The notes: generated by a model not told the origin, from the letters alone. A DNA stretch of 63,999 bases, filler included, from Octopus bimaculoides (GCF_001194135.2; 7 parts of 7 records of this genome joined end to end with filler, not necessarily neighbours in it), one strand, 5' to 3'; counted from the first letter of the whole stretch, positions 50,952-63,769 are shown. Translations and numbers: made by a program.

Positions 50952-51665
50952 ATCATCGTCACCGTCATCATCGTCACCGTCATCATCGTCATCATCGTCA
51001 TCATCGTCATCGTCATCGTCATCATCGTCATCGTCATCATCGTCATCGTCATCATCGTCATCGTCATCACCGTCATCGTCATCATCGTCATCGTCATCGT
51101 CATCATCGTCATCATCATCGTCATCATTGTCATCGTCATCATCGTCACCGTCATCACCGTCATCGTCATCATCGTCATCGTCATCGTCATCATCGTCATC
51201 ATCATCGTCATCATTGTCATAGTCATCATCGTCACCGTCATCATCGTCACCGTCATCGTCATCGTCGTCATGATTATCATTATATTCATCATCTTCATCA
51301 TCAACTTCATTATTGTCATCATCATTTATATTGTCATCGACGTCAGAATTTTCAGCATCGCAGTCAATATCCTCATTATCATCATCATTATCATCACCAC
51401 CACCATCATCATCATCATCAACATCAACATCAACATCCTTATCAACATCATCGTTGTCCTCACCATCATCACCATCATCATCATCCCCATCATCATCATT
51501 ATTAACATCACCATTATCGTTCTCACCATCATCATCATCGTAATCATAGCGAACAACATCATTATCTTTATCAGCATCAACATCACCATTATCGTTCTCA
51601 TCATCATTACCATCTCCACCATCGCCATCATTAATTTCTTCAACACCACCATCAACGACTGATGA
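50952..51665. repeat. Degenerate (ATC/GTC/ACC)n trinucleotide tract
   Basis: Nearly pure tcatcg/tcatca on the left, decaying to the right. It leaves several reading frames open. Confidence 0.9.
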
Positions 51666-52325
51666 AGCCCAAGCATCCTGCAATTTAAATCCGATTATTC
51701 TTTGTCAATGCACATCACTAGGGTTTCGTTTGCACGAATAATCTCAAAATGAACCTGTACTTCATCATGGCACCTATTTCTGCTGGGGAGAATGGATACA
51801 ATTAAGACATTATATAGGAAATGTTACCATCTCTTTGATACGATATGGCTATTAACTTAACATCGCTTCTAGATGGCGTTAACTAAATAAGTGGGTTAAT
51901 ATGTCGCTATTACACCAGGTCCTAAAATAAGGAAGAATGACAGCTTCTAACGTTACAAGTTTATATGCGTTTATATNNNNNNNNNNNNNNNNNNNNNNNN
52001 NNNNNNNNNNNNNNNNNNNNNNNNNNNNNNNNNNNNNNNNNNNNNNNNNNNNNNNNNNNNNNNNNNNNNNNNNNNNNNNNNNNNNNNNNNNNNNNNNNNN
52101 NNNNNNNNNNNNNNNNNNNNNNNNNNNNNNNNNNNNNNNNNNNNNNNNNNNNNNNNNNNNNNNNNNNNNNNNNNNNNNNNNNNNNNNNNNNNNNNNNNNN
52201 NNNNNNNNNNNNNNNNNNNNNNNNNNNNNNNNNNNNNNNNNNNNNNNNNNNNNNNNNNNNNNNNNNNNNNNNNNNNNNNNNNNNNNNNNNNNNNNNNNNN
52301 NNNNNNNNNNNNNNNNNNNNNNNNN

Positions 52326-52356
<31 letters not shown>

Positions 52357-52387
52357 CATACATACATACATACATACATACATAGAG

Positions 52388-52442
<55 letters not shown>

Positions 52443-52484
52443 ATAGGCGGCCAGCTGACAGAAACGTTAGCACGCCGGGTGTGC

Positions 52485-52527
<43 letters not shown>

Positions 52528-52528
<1 letters not shown>

Positions 52529-53078
52529 GCTCTGATGCAGTACCAGGCAGTGGCTCTCATGGTTTCTGATCTTAACTGATTGGAAGTCTTATTATGTACA
52601 TTGTTTTGTCTTGATAATAAAAGATGGACTACAGCAAATATTCTCCTCAATACCGCAGATTTGTTTGTCAGTTGTTTGACCTTAACCATCTGAGCATGTC
52701 CCTTTGTGTCTGATGATATGTGCATCTCTGATCACGAGCAGAAGTAGTGGGGCAGCATCAGAGGCATGTGTTGAGAGGAATTCTTTGAGGTTTGGATAAT
52801 TCACCTTTGGAAACATGGGTGTTTCGTACAACATCCTTAAACAACTCTTATAGTGGAACGGGTTGGGCTGTGCTACTTGATCTGAAGAAAATTCTAACTG
52901 GGTCCCACCTGCAAGTCACGCACTGTTTATCTTGATATGAGATCACCGTGTCGCGCACATATGATTGTGATGCATGTCCCAGGTGTACCCTTATCAGGTG
53001 GGTAATCATGATTGGTATACTGGCCTTCGTATATTTACCTCAATGTCACTTTGATGGCATACACTACCACTTCAGTCA
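52528..53078. mobile_element. Non-coding interspersed element abutting (TAA)n; an inverted partial copy lies at 54092-54170
   Basis: It starts right after (TAA)n at 52485-52527. Its right ~78 bp align at roughly 75-80% with the reverse complement of 54092-54170, which itself abuts (ATT)n. Confidence 0.7.
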
Positions 53079-53666
53079 CATCCAAAGTTTAAACTGTGGT
53101 ACGTTTCAGGTGTGTTCAATGAGACGTTAAAAGATTTAACTTAAAACCCTGAGAACTTTCCGGGCAATCTATAAATATCTATCTATCTATCTATCTTAAC
53201 ATACATACATAACATACATATACATACTGACAAACCGACCACGTATGCACACACGCCACCGCGTTCTATCTGGATTTTCGCTTTCATTTTCATTACATTT
53301 TACATTTTTTAATTTAGTTTCATTATTCACAGTTTCGTAGTTTCAGCAGAAATTTTGGCAATTACCAATTCCTTTATAATTTCCAATAGAGAATATTACC
53401 GACTATCAAAGAATATCAAACGTTAAGTAAGGAGAACGCGACACAGAACGAAATCCTTAAGCACATTTTAGTAGGTATAGCGGCCATTATTAATTAAACA
53501 GCCTTCGCTTATATGACTTCGCTACAATAAAACCACTTTTCATCTTCACTACTTCACTTTCTGACTAATGGTTGCTTTCACCACAGATTTATGGCCGTGA
53601 TTATTATTATTATTATTATCATTAGCATTAACATTATTATTATTATTATTATTAACGATAAGAATG

Positions 53667-53729
<63 letters not shown>

Positions 53730-53859
53730 TTGTATGCATTGTAAATGTGCTTGTCGAAGTTCGAATAATTATAAGAAATATTATTGTTATCATCAACATT
53801 ATTATTATTATTATTGTTGTTGTTGTTGTTGTTGTTGCTGTCATCATTATCATTATGAA

Positions 53860-54045
53860 GGCAGTGCTCTGGCAGTGTCGGCAGAACGATGGGCGAAATG
53901 CTTAGCGGTGTTTTTTCCGTCTTTACATCCTGAGATCAAATTCTGCCGAAGTCGACATTGCCTTTCATCAATCGGAGATCGATAAATTGAGTGCCAGATA
54001 AACTAAGTACCCCAAAATCTCAGGCCTTGAGCCTATAGCAGAAAA
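53860..54045 (+). mobile_element. SINE family B
   Basis: gggcgaaatgcttagcggtg..ctgagatcaaattctgccgaagtcgacattgcctttcatc. Confidence 0.8.
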
Positions 54046-54046
54046 G

Positions 54047-54091
<45 letters not shown>

Positions 54092-54170
54092 GATTGAGAG
54101 AGCAGTACATGCCATTAAAATGACACTGGCGTAATATATATGAAGCCCAATATACCCATCATGACTACCC

Positions 54171-54510
54171 TCTTATTCTTGATGGCTTGCGATAAAATTT
54201 CGCCCTTTCTCATCTTGTATGGGGAATACCGAATGTCTTCATGCATTATTTGCCTGATAAGAAACTCAGGCACTCCCATGTCCCTGGCGATGGACCTGAT
54301 TGTCTTGGAGGGATCGTTGTCAAAAATCTCGCCAACAAATTCAGGACTTCTTTTCTTATCAGAACGACCAGAGTGAGTTTTCCGAATCGCCCTACGTTCG
54401 TAATTAACATTAGATTCATCCAATTCTTTCAGAGTCCTCTGCACTATTATCAGATTGACACGCAAACACTCTGAAATGTTCGTATTGGAGGTTAGTATTG
54501 AGATTTGGCA
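54171..54510 (-). mobile_element. Tc1/mariner-superfamily (maT/DD37D-like) transposase N-terminal fragment
   Basis: RKTHSGRSDKKRSPEFVGEIFDNDPSKTIRSIARDMGVPEFLIRQIMHEDIRYSPYKMRKG (HTH, P..S.R.+AR.+GV motif). Confidence 0.8.
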
Positions 54511-54911
54511 TCAGAGAACCATACCAGACAGTTAAAAATATAATAATGGGGTCAATTCGCTCGAATGAAATTCTTCAAGGTGTTATAACTGGACCTAGTT
54601 AAAAATGAAAGATACAGGATGCATACATACATACATACATACATACATACATACATACATACGTACATACATGGTGGTTGTCTACTCCTTACAGAGTTTG
54701 ACCACCTCCTGCACCTACACCTTAGCCCTTTCATGGCGTCTGATGTGGCTTTTTAAACCAGACAGTGTTTTGAAAAAACACCCACACAGATGCACCTCTG
54801 ATTTGCACTACCAATACCTGCATACATACATACATACATACATACATACATACATACATACATACATACATACATACATACAAATATACATACATACATT
54901 ATATTTATATA

Positions 54912-55416
54912 CGAAGAAGGTGCTAAAATGTTCCTGACTTTGGGTTAAATACAGGAGGATCAGTTAATTATGATTTTATTCAACATATTGAAAAAGAACT
55001 AAAGATTTCACTGTCGTCGTCATTGAGATTATCATCATCATAATTATCATGTTTATCTTTAATATTAATATTATTATTACCATTATTGTTGTTGTTCTTG
55101 ATGATATTGTTCTTATTGCATTTATTCCTATTTTGTTTTATGATTATTTGTTTCTCTGCACATTTTCAATTTTTCCTTTTTGTTTTTGTCTTTTTTGTTT
55201 TCTTTTTCTTTAGTTCCCTTTTTTTCCCTAACATTTCCATGAGCAGTGCCACAAAATACTACAAAAGGGACAGTGCGCATGCCAAGACACGTACACATGC
55301 GCACACAAACACACACACAAACACACACACACACACACACACTCACGCACATGCACGTACACACACCAGGCCTTTCGCGTTACCCTTAAAGCCAGGAACT
55401 TTTAATCAAACCCTCG
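54912..55416 (-). mobile_element. Mariner MITE ends (same family as 48486-48701) enclosing ~370 bp of low-complexity DNA
   Basis: TA|cgaagaaggtgctaaaatgttcctgacttt..aatacaggaggatcagtt on the left and aggcctttcgcgttacccttaaagccaggaactttt..ccctcg|TA on the right. Confidence 0.7.
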
Positions 55417-55906
55417 TACATATACATCCTGAGGATGGCCAGGGAATATCCTCTGACATGTTTCTGAGGTCGTACGTGCAGCCCTAACCCCACCGGGGGT
55501 TAATTAAGTCTCAGCCTGCATCGCTGTACCAGCAAACCACTGGACTGCGCTATTTAACCAAAGCTCCGCACCACCCAACCCACACGACCCACAACACACA
55601 AAAACGCACACATACACACAATATACCTTTGTCAGTCCATTGTTCAGACAGAAAAAGAAAAATTGCCTGTAGTCAATCCTACAAACCAAATAGTTATATA
55701 AAAAGTTCTGGTTTGCTTAAACGATGCTTCTAGTTGTTTTAAAAACGATGTTAAAAAGTTATCAGTCTTGCGGTAAACAAAACTAAATGTACAATATTTC
55801 TAATTCGGTATTTCTAAAAATGATGATAGACTTGTAAAAGGTCAACCTACAAGTTAAAAAACAAAAGATGAACCATTGTAATTCCCTCCAGCTTGTCATT
55901 ATTATT

Positions 55907-55946
<40 letters not shown>

Positions 55947-56028
55947 GTTGTTGTTGTTGTTGCTGGAAGTAAATATGTTTTTTATTTAATAAAAGAAATT
56001 CACTCATATGCACTATTGCACAAGCTCA

Positions 56029-56073
<45 letters not shown>

Positions 56074-56456
56074 CAAATTCGTATACATAGGAATAGAGCA
56101 AAGAAATACAAACGCATACTAGGACAGCAACCTGTGTCAGTGCGTGTGTGAATGTGTGTGTGTGTGTGTGTACAGAGAGAGAGAGAGAGACAGAGAGATA
56201 CAAACAAATACACTCATATAAATAATTATATTCATATTACATGTATATATATATATATACAATTACTTATACATATATATTAATATATACATATATATGC
56301 ATTTATAATTATATATATAATATATATAATATATATTGTTATATATATATAGCATGACATGAGCCTGTACACACATAGACAAACAAACGTACACAAGCGC
56401 ACACATGCATAGGCAGATGAAATAAAAGCACACGCTAACCCATGTATTATTTTATG

Positions 56457-56490
<34 letters not shown>

Positions 56491-56683
56491 TGTGTGTGTG
56501 TGAAGATGTGTTAGTGTGTATATCTGTGTGAGATTATGTCTGCCTGTGTAATACGTTTTCATTGTTTTTCTTCCCTCCTACATAATTTTTCTTCTACTTT
56601 TAATGTCATTTTCTAAAACTGAATTCTTTATTCCTGCTTATGTCTGGTTCAATTTGAAAAGAAAATATTCAAGCACACGCACG

Positions 56684-56735
<52 letters not shown>

Positions 56736-57134
56736 CACACACATATATGCATATATACATATATATATATATATAAACACAAACATTCAAACACACACAC
56801 ATATATATGTCACACAGAGACAGAGAGGTAATCACACAAAAATTCACGTGTTTCTCTAACTAGAGTAACAAGTCTTAGGATTCAGCCCAGCGAAAAGGGA
56901 TTCAGAATGCAGAAGGCTCTCTCACTAACAGCGCAATGCATTTTAGCCAACCCAGATATTGAAATACATAAATGCATACAAACGCAGCAGACAGATAGAC
57001 TACCTGACAGACACGCAATAAGATATCTTTTTATTATGGCCTCTTAGGGCTAAATACAAAAAGTTGTAAGTGTGCTTTGCCACCACAAACGTAGCAACTT
57101 GGCTTTCTGCATTCGACGGCCACATACAAACACG

Positions 57135-57292
57135 AATCCTCTATCAATTGGATTCGATATAGAATTTTTTCGAAGCAATGGGAAATGAAGTATTTTTCTC
57201 ATGAACACAATTTCTCTCCCACTCCAGAAATCGAAACCACAATCTTACAAACACGAGTGTAACATCCCTAATTACTAAACCACATGCCTCCT
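57135..57292 (-). mobile_element. SINE family C head, diverged
   Basis: gaaatgaagtatttttctcatgaacaca..gaaatcgaaaccacaatctt..aaaccacatgcctcc. Confidence 0.6.
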
Positions 57293-57759
57293 TTTTTTTG
57301 TTCAGAACGTAGTAAAGTACAGTATAAAGCCCGTCCACCTTCAAATTTCACCCGGCACTATCCAGCAGCAGTATTATAAGTACTGCCAGATTTGCGTTGG
57401 GGCTTTTGTATCGCGTGAGCGGATAATTGAATAAGTTCAAGGTGGCGCAGTGAAAGGGCTGCATAACCAAATATTTGCAAGCCTGAAGAGTTACGTTGCG
57501 TGGAAACAATTGTAGTGACTACAAATAAATGTCCAACTGCACTCCTTCTTTTTCGCTCCAAGTTATTCAATCATATATATATATATATATACNNNNNNNN
57601 NNNNNNNNNNNNNNNNNNNNNNNNNNNNNNNNNNNNTTAATTAATTAANNNNNNNNNNNNNNNNNNNNNNNNNNNNNNNNNNNNNNNNNNNNTATATATA
57701 TATATATGTATGTATATATACATATACATAAATGTGGGTGTGTGTTGCAGGATTTTACT

Positions 57760-58165
57760 GAGCCATCCCTAAGAGACTGGCGATACTATTGAAGCAACAA
57801 GACCAGATGGGATTGTAGAAGATATAAAAAAAACAGTGTAAGATCATAGTCTTTAAACTACCATACGATAACAGAGTGGATACCAAAGACAATGTGGAAA
57901 AAACATTTAGAAATATTAGGACCTAGCGAAAGAGGTGAAGGCATTAATGAAGACCAAGACATGAAGACCAAAACAATATTCTTTTAAGTAGTGCATGTGT
58001 GAAGGTAGAACATCTACAAAAATCAGCATTGCTTGGAGCTGCAAGAATTCTTCGCAGGGTTCTTGAAGCATGACCAGTAAACAAGTATCACCTCAGTCTG
58101 CTGTCTGTGGACAGCTGAAACTTTCCATCATACTCAGCAAAATAAGCTGTGAGTTTTCATCACAT
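57760..58165 (+). mobile_element. R4/Dong-like 3' end (RLE) followed by (TAA)n and (GAA)n
   Basis: TIEATRPDGIVED..PYDNRVDTK and VKVEHLQKSALLGAARILRRVLEA*, then a short 3' UTR and (TAA)n at 58165-58188. Confidence 0.8.
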
Positions 58166-58198
58166 AATAATAATAATAATAATAATAATCGTTTCTAC

Positions 58199-58316
58199 TG
58201 GAAGAAGAAGAAGAAGAAGAAGAAGAAGAAGAAGAAGAAGAAGAAGAAGAAGAAGAAGAAGAAGAAGAAGAAGAAGAAGAAGAAGAAGAAGAAGAAGAAG
58301 AAGAAGAAGAAGAAGA
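58199..58316 (+). repeat. (GAA)n microsatellite
   Basis: Visible directly in the sequence. Confidence 0.95.
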
Positions 58317-58324
58317 CATTTTTA

Positions 58325-58470
58325 TGAAAATTACATTGAGGTTTTCGACCCCCAGCACTTAACCGGTTCTTACTTTATCGAAAAGTAAAGTCGACCGCGG
58401 CAGAATTTGAACTCAGGACTTAGTGACGGACGAAATAACGATAAGCATTTTGGCCTGCAAGGCTCATCGC
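58325..58470 (-). mobile_element. SINE family B fragment
   Basis: tcgacccccagcac..aaagtcgaccgcggcagaatttgaactcagg..gacggacgaaataacgataagcattttgg. Confidence 0.75.
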
Positions 58471-58481
58471 CTTGATAATAA

Positions 58482-58975
58482 TATGGCACGACCACAAACC
58501 TGAAGGCATTGTCGAAAACAGAAATGCAAAGATCCTATGGGATCTTATGATTCAGTGCGATCGTGGGATTGAGAATGGGAAGCCTGGCATAGTCTTAATT
58601 GAGAAAGAAAGCAAACAATGCTGGACCATAGATATAGCATGTCCAGCTGACAACAAGGTATGCGATAAGGAAGAAGGAAAAGTCGAGAGATATGACAGGT
58701 TAGCTTGGGAAGTTAAGCATTTGTGGTTGATGAAAAGGGTAGCAGCAGTACCAATAACTGTCGGAGCCCTGGGAACAATGAGCAAAAATCTCGAGAAGTA
58801 CGTGGAACAAATAGTGGCTGCAATAAGGGTGGAGCACTTGCAGAATACAGCACTGCTTGGAACCGCTGGAATACTCTGGAAGGTGCTCGAAAAATAAGAG
58901 GTGTTACCTTAGTTCACTGGTAGGGAACAGCTGACACTGTAGTACATCTCCAGCGTTAGAAGCTGTGCAAAGGCA
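58482..58975 (+). mobile_element. R4/Dong-like 3' end (RLE + 3' UTR) followed by (CAA)n(TAA)n
   Basis: WHDHKPEGIVENRNAKILWDLMIQCDR..KPGIVLIEKESKQCWTIDIACPADNKV..EKVERYDRLAWEVK..VPITVGALG..LQNTALLGTAGILWKVL. Confidence 0.92.
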
Positions 58976-59029
58976 ACAACAACAACAACAACAACAATAA
59001 TAATAATAATAATGATGATAATAATAATA

Positions 59030-59203
59030 ACAGTATATGTTGATGAGACTAGCAAAGCTTTTTACCTGGGAATACTCGAGACAGGTGTAATCAAACAGAA
59101 TGACATTAAGGAAAAGACAAAAAGAGTATCAGCGGCGAGTGAGAAAAATGTTGGCTTCAAAGTTAAATGTCAGGAACCTAATTTCGGTAGTAAACCCGTC
59201 TAA
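59030..59203 (+). mobile_element. R4/Dong-like RT C-terminal fragment
   Basis: YLGILETGVIKQNDIKEKT, then a frameshift to QRRVRKMLASKLNVRNLISVVN. Confidence 0.8.
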
Positions 59204-59204
59204 A

Positions 59205-61020
59205 GATGATGCTTCGATAAAAATACTTGTGGTTGTGACACCTTATCAACTCTTTCATCTGCGTGAGAGTAATGAATAATAGAATTGACACAAACAACGG
59301 CGTAAATGAGGATGGAACTATAGGTGCCCTGTAGGTGAGCAGCACAGGCCCGTTCGTCATTATACGGCTACTAGATCTAAATGGACAAAGACGATGAATA
59401 CAGCTGTCATGGAATGTTAGTGTTTGAACAGACCCACTGAAAATGAAGGGAGACTCATAAGAGGATGTAGAAAGAGGGTGCATAACATATGGATGGAGAT
59501 CCAGGGCTCAGGTATTACGTAACACAGACTCTGTGGCCAGTTAAGAGGAATAAGGAAGAAAGAATGGCTAACAGTAATAGAGCCCGATGAGATTAGGAGG
59601 CGGGTGATAACCGAAAACACGAGGAGCGATGCAGAAGTAGATACAGCGAATGCTGACGATGCTATACTTAATGAAAGTAAATGAGAGAAGTATAATGTCT
59701 CAAGCACTGCGTGTAGAGAAGGGCTGAATAATGAAGACAAAGGAATGATCGAAGACATTACTAGAATCATTGAGGAAAACCTGGATATGGAAATAAATGG
59801 ATTCAGAAAAGTAGATAGAAATTTGCTGCGAGGGTAGACCCGTAAGGTGAATAAAATACTGAAAGAAATCAAGACAGATAATATAACCGGAGCGAAGAGA
59901 TTGATTAAAGCCTGCATTTTATGTACAGGAAATAAAGTAGGCCTCGAACCAAACCATAAATGTGGGAATGAAGAAAAAGAACTTTGGTGGAAAAGAAGAA
60001 TAAAACAACCAATAAAAGAACTACAAAAACATATCAACATCTAAGAAAGAAAGAAAAAGGTGAGAGGAGAAATATCAGGAAAGAGAATGTAGTTATAGGA
60101 TAAAAAAAAAAGGGGGGTGCTAAATGTAGTTCTTGAAGAGCTGAAACAAAGATTGCAGGCTAAAGCGACAAAAATTAAGAGATATGACTAAAACATTGAA
60201 CAATATAAAATCAACAGATTGTTCCAACATGACTAGAAAAACGTTTATCAACAACTGAATGAAAAGCTGTGAGAGGCCAAACGCTGAAGAAATTAACAGA
60301 TTTTGGAGAAACAGCTGGGATAATGGAAGAAAGCTTAACAAAGATGCGACGGTTTACATCAGGAAAGGCATATTTCAAGGAGATAGCCTATCACAGTTGC
60401 TGTTTGTGATTTGTATGATACAACGGAAAGTGACATCGGGGTACAACTTGAAGAGTGGAGGAAAATTAAATTATCTGTTATATATTGATGGGTTAAAATC
60501 TTTGGAAAAACCGAATGTGAAATAAGTGGCTTAATTTCAACTGTGCAGATATTCAGTTGTTGGCACTCCGTCGCTTACGACGACAAGGGTTCCAGTTGAT
60601 CCAATCAACGGAACAGCCTGCTCGTGAAATTAACGTGCAAGTGGCTGAGCACTCCACAGACACGTGTACCCTTAACGTAGTTCTCGGGGATATTCAGCGT
60701 GACACAGTGTGACAAGGCTGACCCTTTGAATTACAGGCACAACAGAAACAGGATGTAAGAGTGAGAGAAAGTTGTGGTGAAAGAGTACAGCAGGGTTCGC
60801 CACCATCCCCTGCCGGAGCTTCGTGGGGCTTTAATTGTTTTCGCTCAATTAACACTCACAACGCCCGGTCTGGGAATCGAAACCGCGATCCTATGACCGC
60901 GAGTCCGCTGCCCTAACCACTGGGCCATTGCGCCTCCGCAGCTATTCAGTAAGGATATCGAAATGGAATTTGCGACTAAAAAGTGTCGTATGCTTATAAT
61001 ACAAAGAGGCAAAGTGGTGT
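59205..61020 (+). mobile_element. R4/Dong-like element, 5' end to mid-RT, internally deleted, interrupted by a SINE
   Basis: MNNRID.., SKWTKTMNTAVMEC, GCRKRVHNIW, HRLCGQLRGIRKKEWL, LWWKRRIKQPIKEL, EELKQRLQAKATKIKRY, PNAEEINRFW, IRKGIFQGDSLSQLLF, LLYIDGLK and DIEMEFATKKCRMLIIQRGKVV. Confidence 0.9.
60558..60937 (-). mobile_element. SINE family C, full length, with a 13-bp TSD
   Basis: Sense head ggaggcgcaatggcccagtggttagggcagcggactc..ggtttcgattccc (A and B boxes). TSD gcagatattcagt (60545-60557) / gcagctattcagt (60938-60950). Confidence 0.92.
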
Positions 61021-61106
<86 letters not shown>

Positions 61107-63548
61107 TATATGTATGTATGTATATATATGTATGTATGCATGTATAACAGATTTTTCACAATTTCTTATCTTCCTAAATCCTAAATCTTTTCATCCATTA
61201 ACGTTTTGATAAATCCAGTCGTATGGCCGGAGTGAAGTGATTGCATTAAGAGCGTGTTTGCGCGCTTTGCAGCAGATTGCAAAGAATTTTGGATACATTT
61301 TTATCGTCAACAATATTATCAGCGTTTTATTTAGTAATTAAAGAAAGGTTAAGTAGCGGTAGATTTCTTAATTTAGTCTACATGTGATGTTGATATTTTG
61401 CTCTGTATTTTCTGAGTAAAATTCTTTAGTGATTCTTCTAATTTTTGATTGAATTCCATATAAAGTTGTAATGTTCTCAACAAATGATCATGTACTCTAC
61501 TATAATGAGTTACGACAACTTCGGTAGTAAGTGAATGGCCAACCAAAGACAACGTGTTGCACATGTGTGTCCGATAAACAGTTTCCATCCTGAAGTTTAC
61601 AACTTTTATATTTACATTCATTTTTTTTTTTTTATATTTCACTGAGTATGAAGTATGTTCCTCAAGTTTATCGTTTGTCATTCCAAACACTGGATCTGTA
61701 GTTAGTTGTGACGCATGTCGTGTCTTGTCTCATGAGAGTTATTAATGAGAATTTGTGAACCAGAAATCGAAACAGAGCAACGAACATTAAGGCGACTTCT
61801 TGCATTCTGCTGTATCATTAAGCACAAAGGTATATTTCATTATAATTCGAGCACAAACGTTTCTTCTGATTCTTATGAATCAGAAGTCGTGATACGTATA
61901 CTCTCTCCACAATCTTCATCAGAATTACTAATTTACTTCTAACGCAACTCAGCTGTGTTCTTCGGCATCCATTCGCATGCATTACAATGTAAAATACTCT
62001 CTCTCATAGGAATGGAATAAAAAAAAATAAGCGTCTCTGCTGCAGCTGTATTCACTTTTTCAAAGATTTCTGGGTTAGATTCTGTGACAATACGGAAATA
62101 GTTTCTCACGTTCATTTCATAATTTCATGATCTGCATACCAGGGTCGGAGATAAAATTTCTATCGCATTATCTACTTCAATTTTTAGAAAAATAAAAATG
62201 TAGTTAAGGTTTCAGACTTTATGTGAAAAAAAAAAAAATCTAATTTATTTTTTAGTGGTACTTGAAAAGAATTTCAATAAAATATATTTCGATATTTATA
62301 TTTAATTTTGCTTTTCATATATTTGTTGGGGTTTTTTTTTTTGGGGGGGGGGGTTCATTAGACAATATCAAAACATTTAATCGGTGTTCTCTATGAAGGT
62401 TATTCCTGGAGAAATCTCTAAAGAAACGCCTGGAATATTTGGGAATGATAAATTCACTTTAAAAATGGAATATCTTGTACAAATGATTAATGATATCTAT
62501 CTAAAGGCATTATTCTCAAAAGGAAAAATTCTGAAAAGAAAATACATTTCAAATCTCCATGCAATAAATATACATTTATCAAAAATATACGCATTTCAAC
62601 TAATCATTTTCACATAAAATCTCCTTTTTTTATTTTCCATAAATCTCAAAAAGAGGAAAATATTATAAAGTAAATTCTGCCAAATTGGAAATAAACCTTT
62701 CGTTCTCGATATACTTATTAAAAAAAAACATTCTCAGATGCGTCATTTTTCTACAACTGTTTTCAAAATTTATAAAACACAAACTATAAAAGCATTCATA
62801 TTGAACACGATTTTATTTTATTATATTCGCTCAAATTTTGTTGCCTTTTATCTGGTTCATTGGTTATCATCTCTGAAGAAAAAATTTCGTTTAAGCTAAT
62901 ATAAATGTTATATATATGTAGCGAGAGAGGGGGAGAGATGTGGGTGAGCAACATATCAGGCGAGAATTACATCAAATCTTCGAAATTTTAACTCACTTTG
63001 CTATTGATTCTTCATATTAAATTTTTTAATATAAGTATAAAAATGTATCACATACATGGACATACACACACATATATACACATACACACACATATACACA
63101 CACGCGCGATTATATTTATATATATATACATGAATATATGTACACACACAGCCGTACACACGAACACACACACACACATATATATAAATATATGTATACA
63201 TTATAAATTTATATATATATATATATACATATATACATACATATATACATACATATATATATATATATATATNNNNNNNNNNNNNNNNNNNNNNNNNNNN
63301 NNNNNNNNNNNNNNNNNNNNNNNNNNNNNNNNNNNNNNNNNNNNNNNNNNNNNNNNNNNNNNNNNNNNNNNNNNNNNNNNNNNNNNNNNNNNNNNNNNNN
63401 NNNNNNNNNNNNNNNNNNNNNNNNNNNNNNNNNNNNNNNNNNNNNNNNNNNNNNNNNNNNNNNNNNNNNNNNNNNNNNNNNNNNNNNNNNNNNNNNNNNN
63501 NNNNNNNNNNNNNNNNNNNNNNNNNNNNNNNNTGTATATGTATGTATG

Positions 63549-63609
<61 letters not shown>

Positions 63610-63769
63610 CTGTGTGTGTGTGTATGTGTAAGCCCGTTGTATATATATATATATATATATATATATTCATATATATGCATATATTTATATCATTGAGTAC
63701 ATATGTGTGTACCTGTGTGTATATGTGTGTGTGTATGTGTGCGTGCGTCTGTGTGGTGGAGTGTCCTTG

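Noticed and set aside
55425-55470. cCTGAGGAtggccagggaatatcc.. resembling a Penelope hammerhead start
   Set aside because: There is no downstream GAAA core or closing stem.
61863-61886. 10-bp perfect hairpin cttctgattc-ttat-gaatcagaag near a minus-strand CTGATGA..GAAAC
   Set aside because: The hammerhead stems do not close, and one such hairpin is expected by chance in AT-rich sequence of this length.
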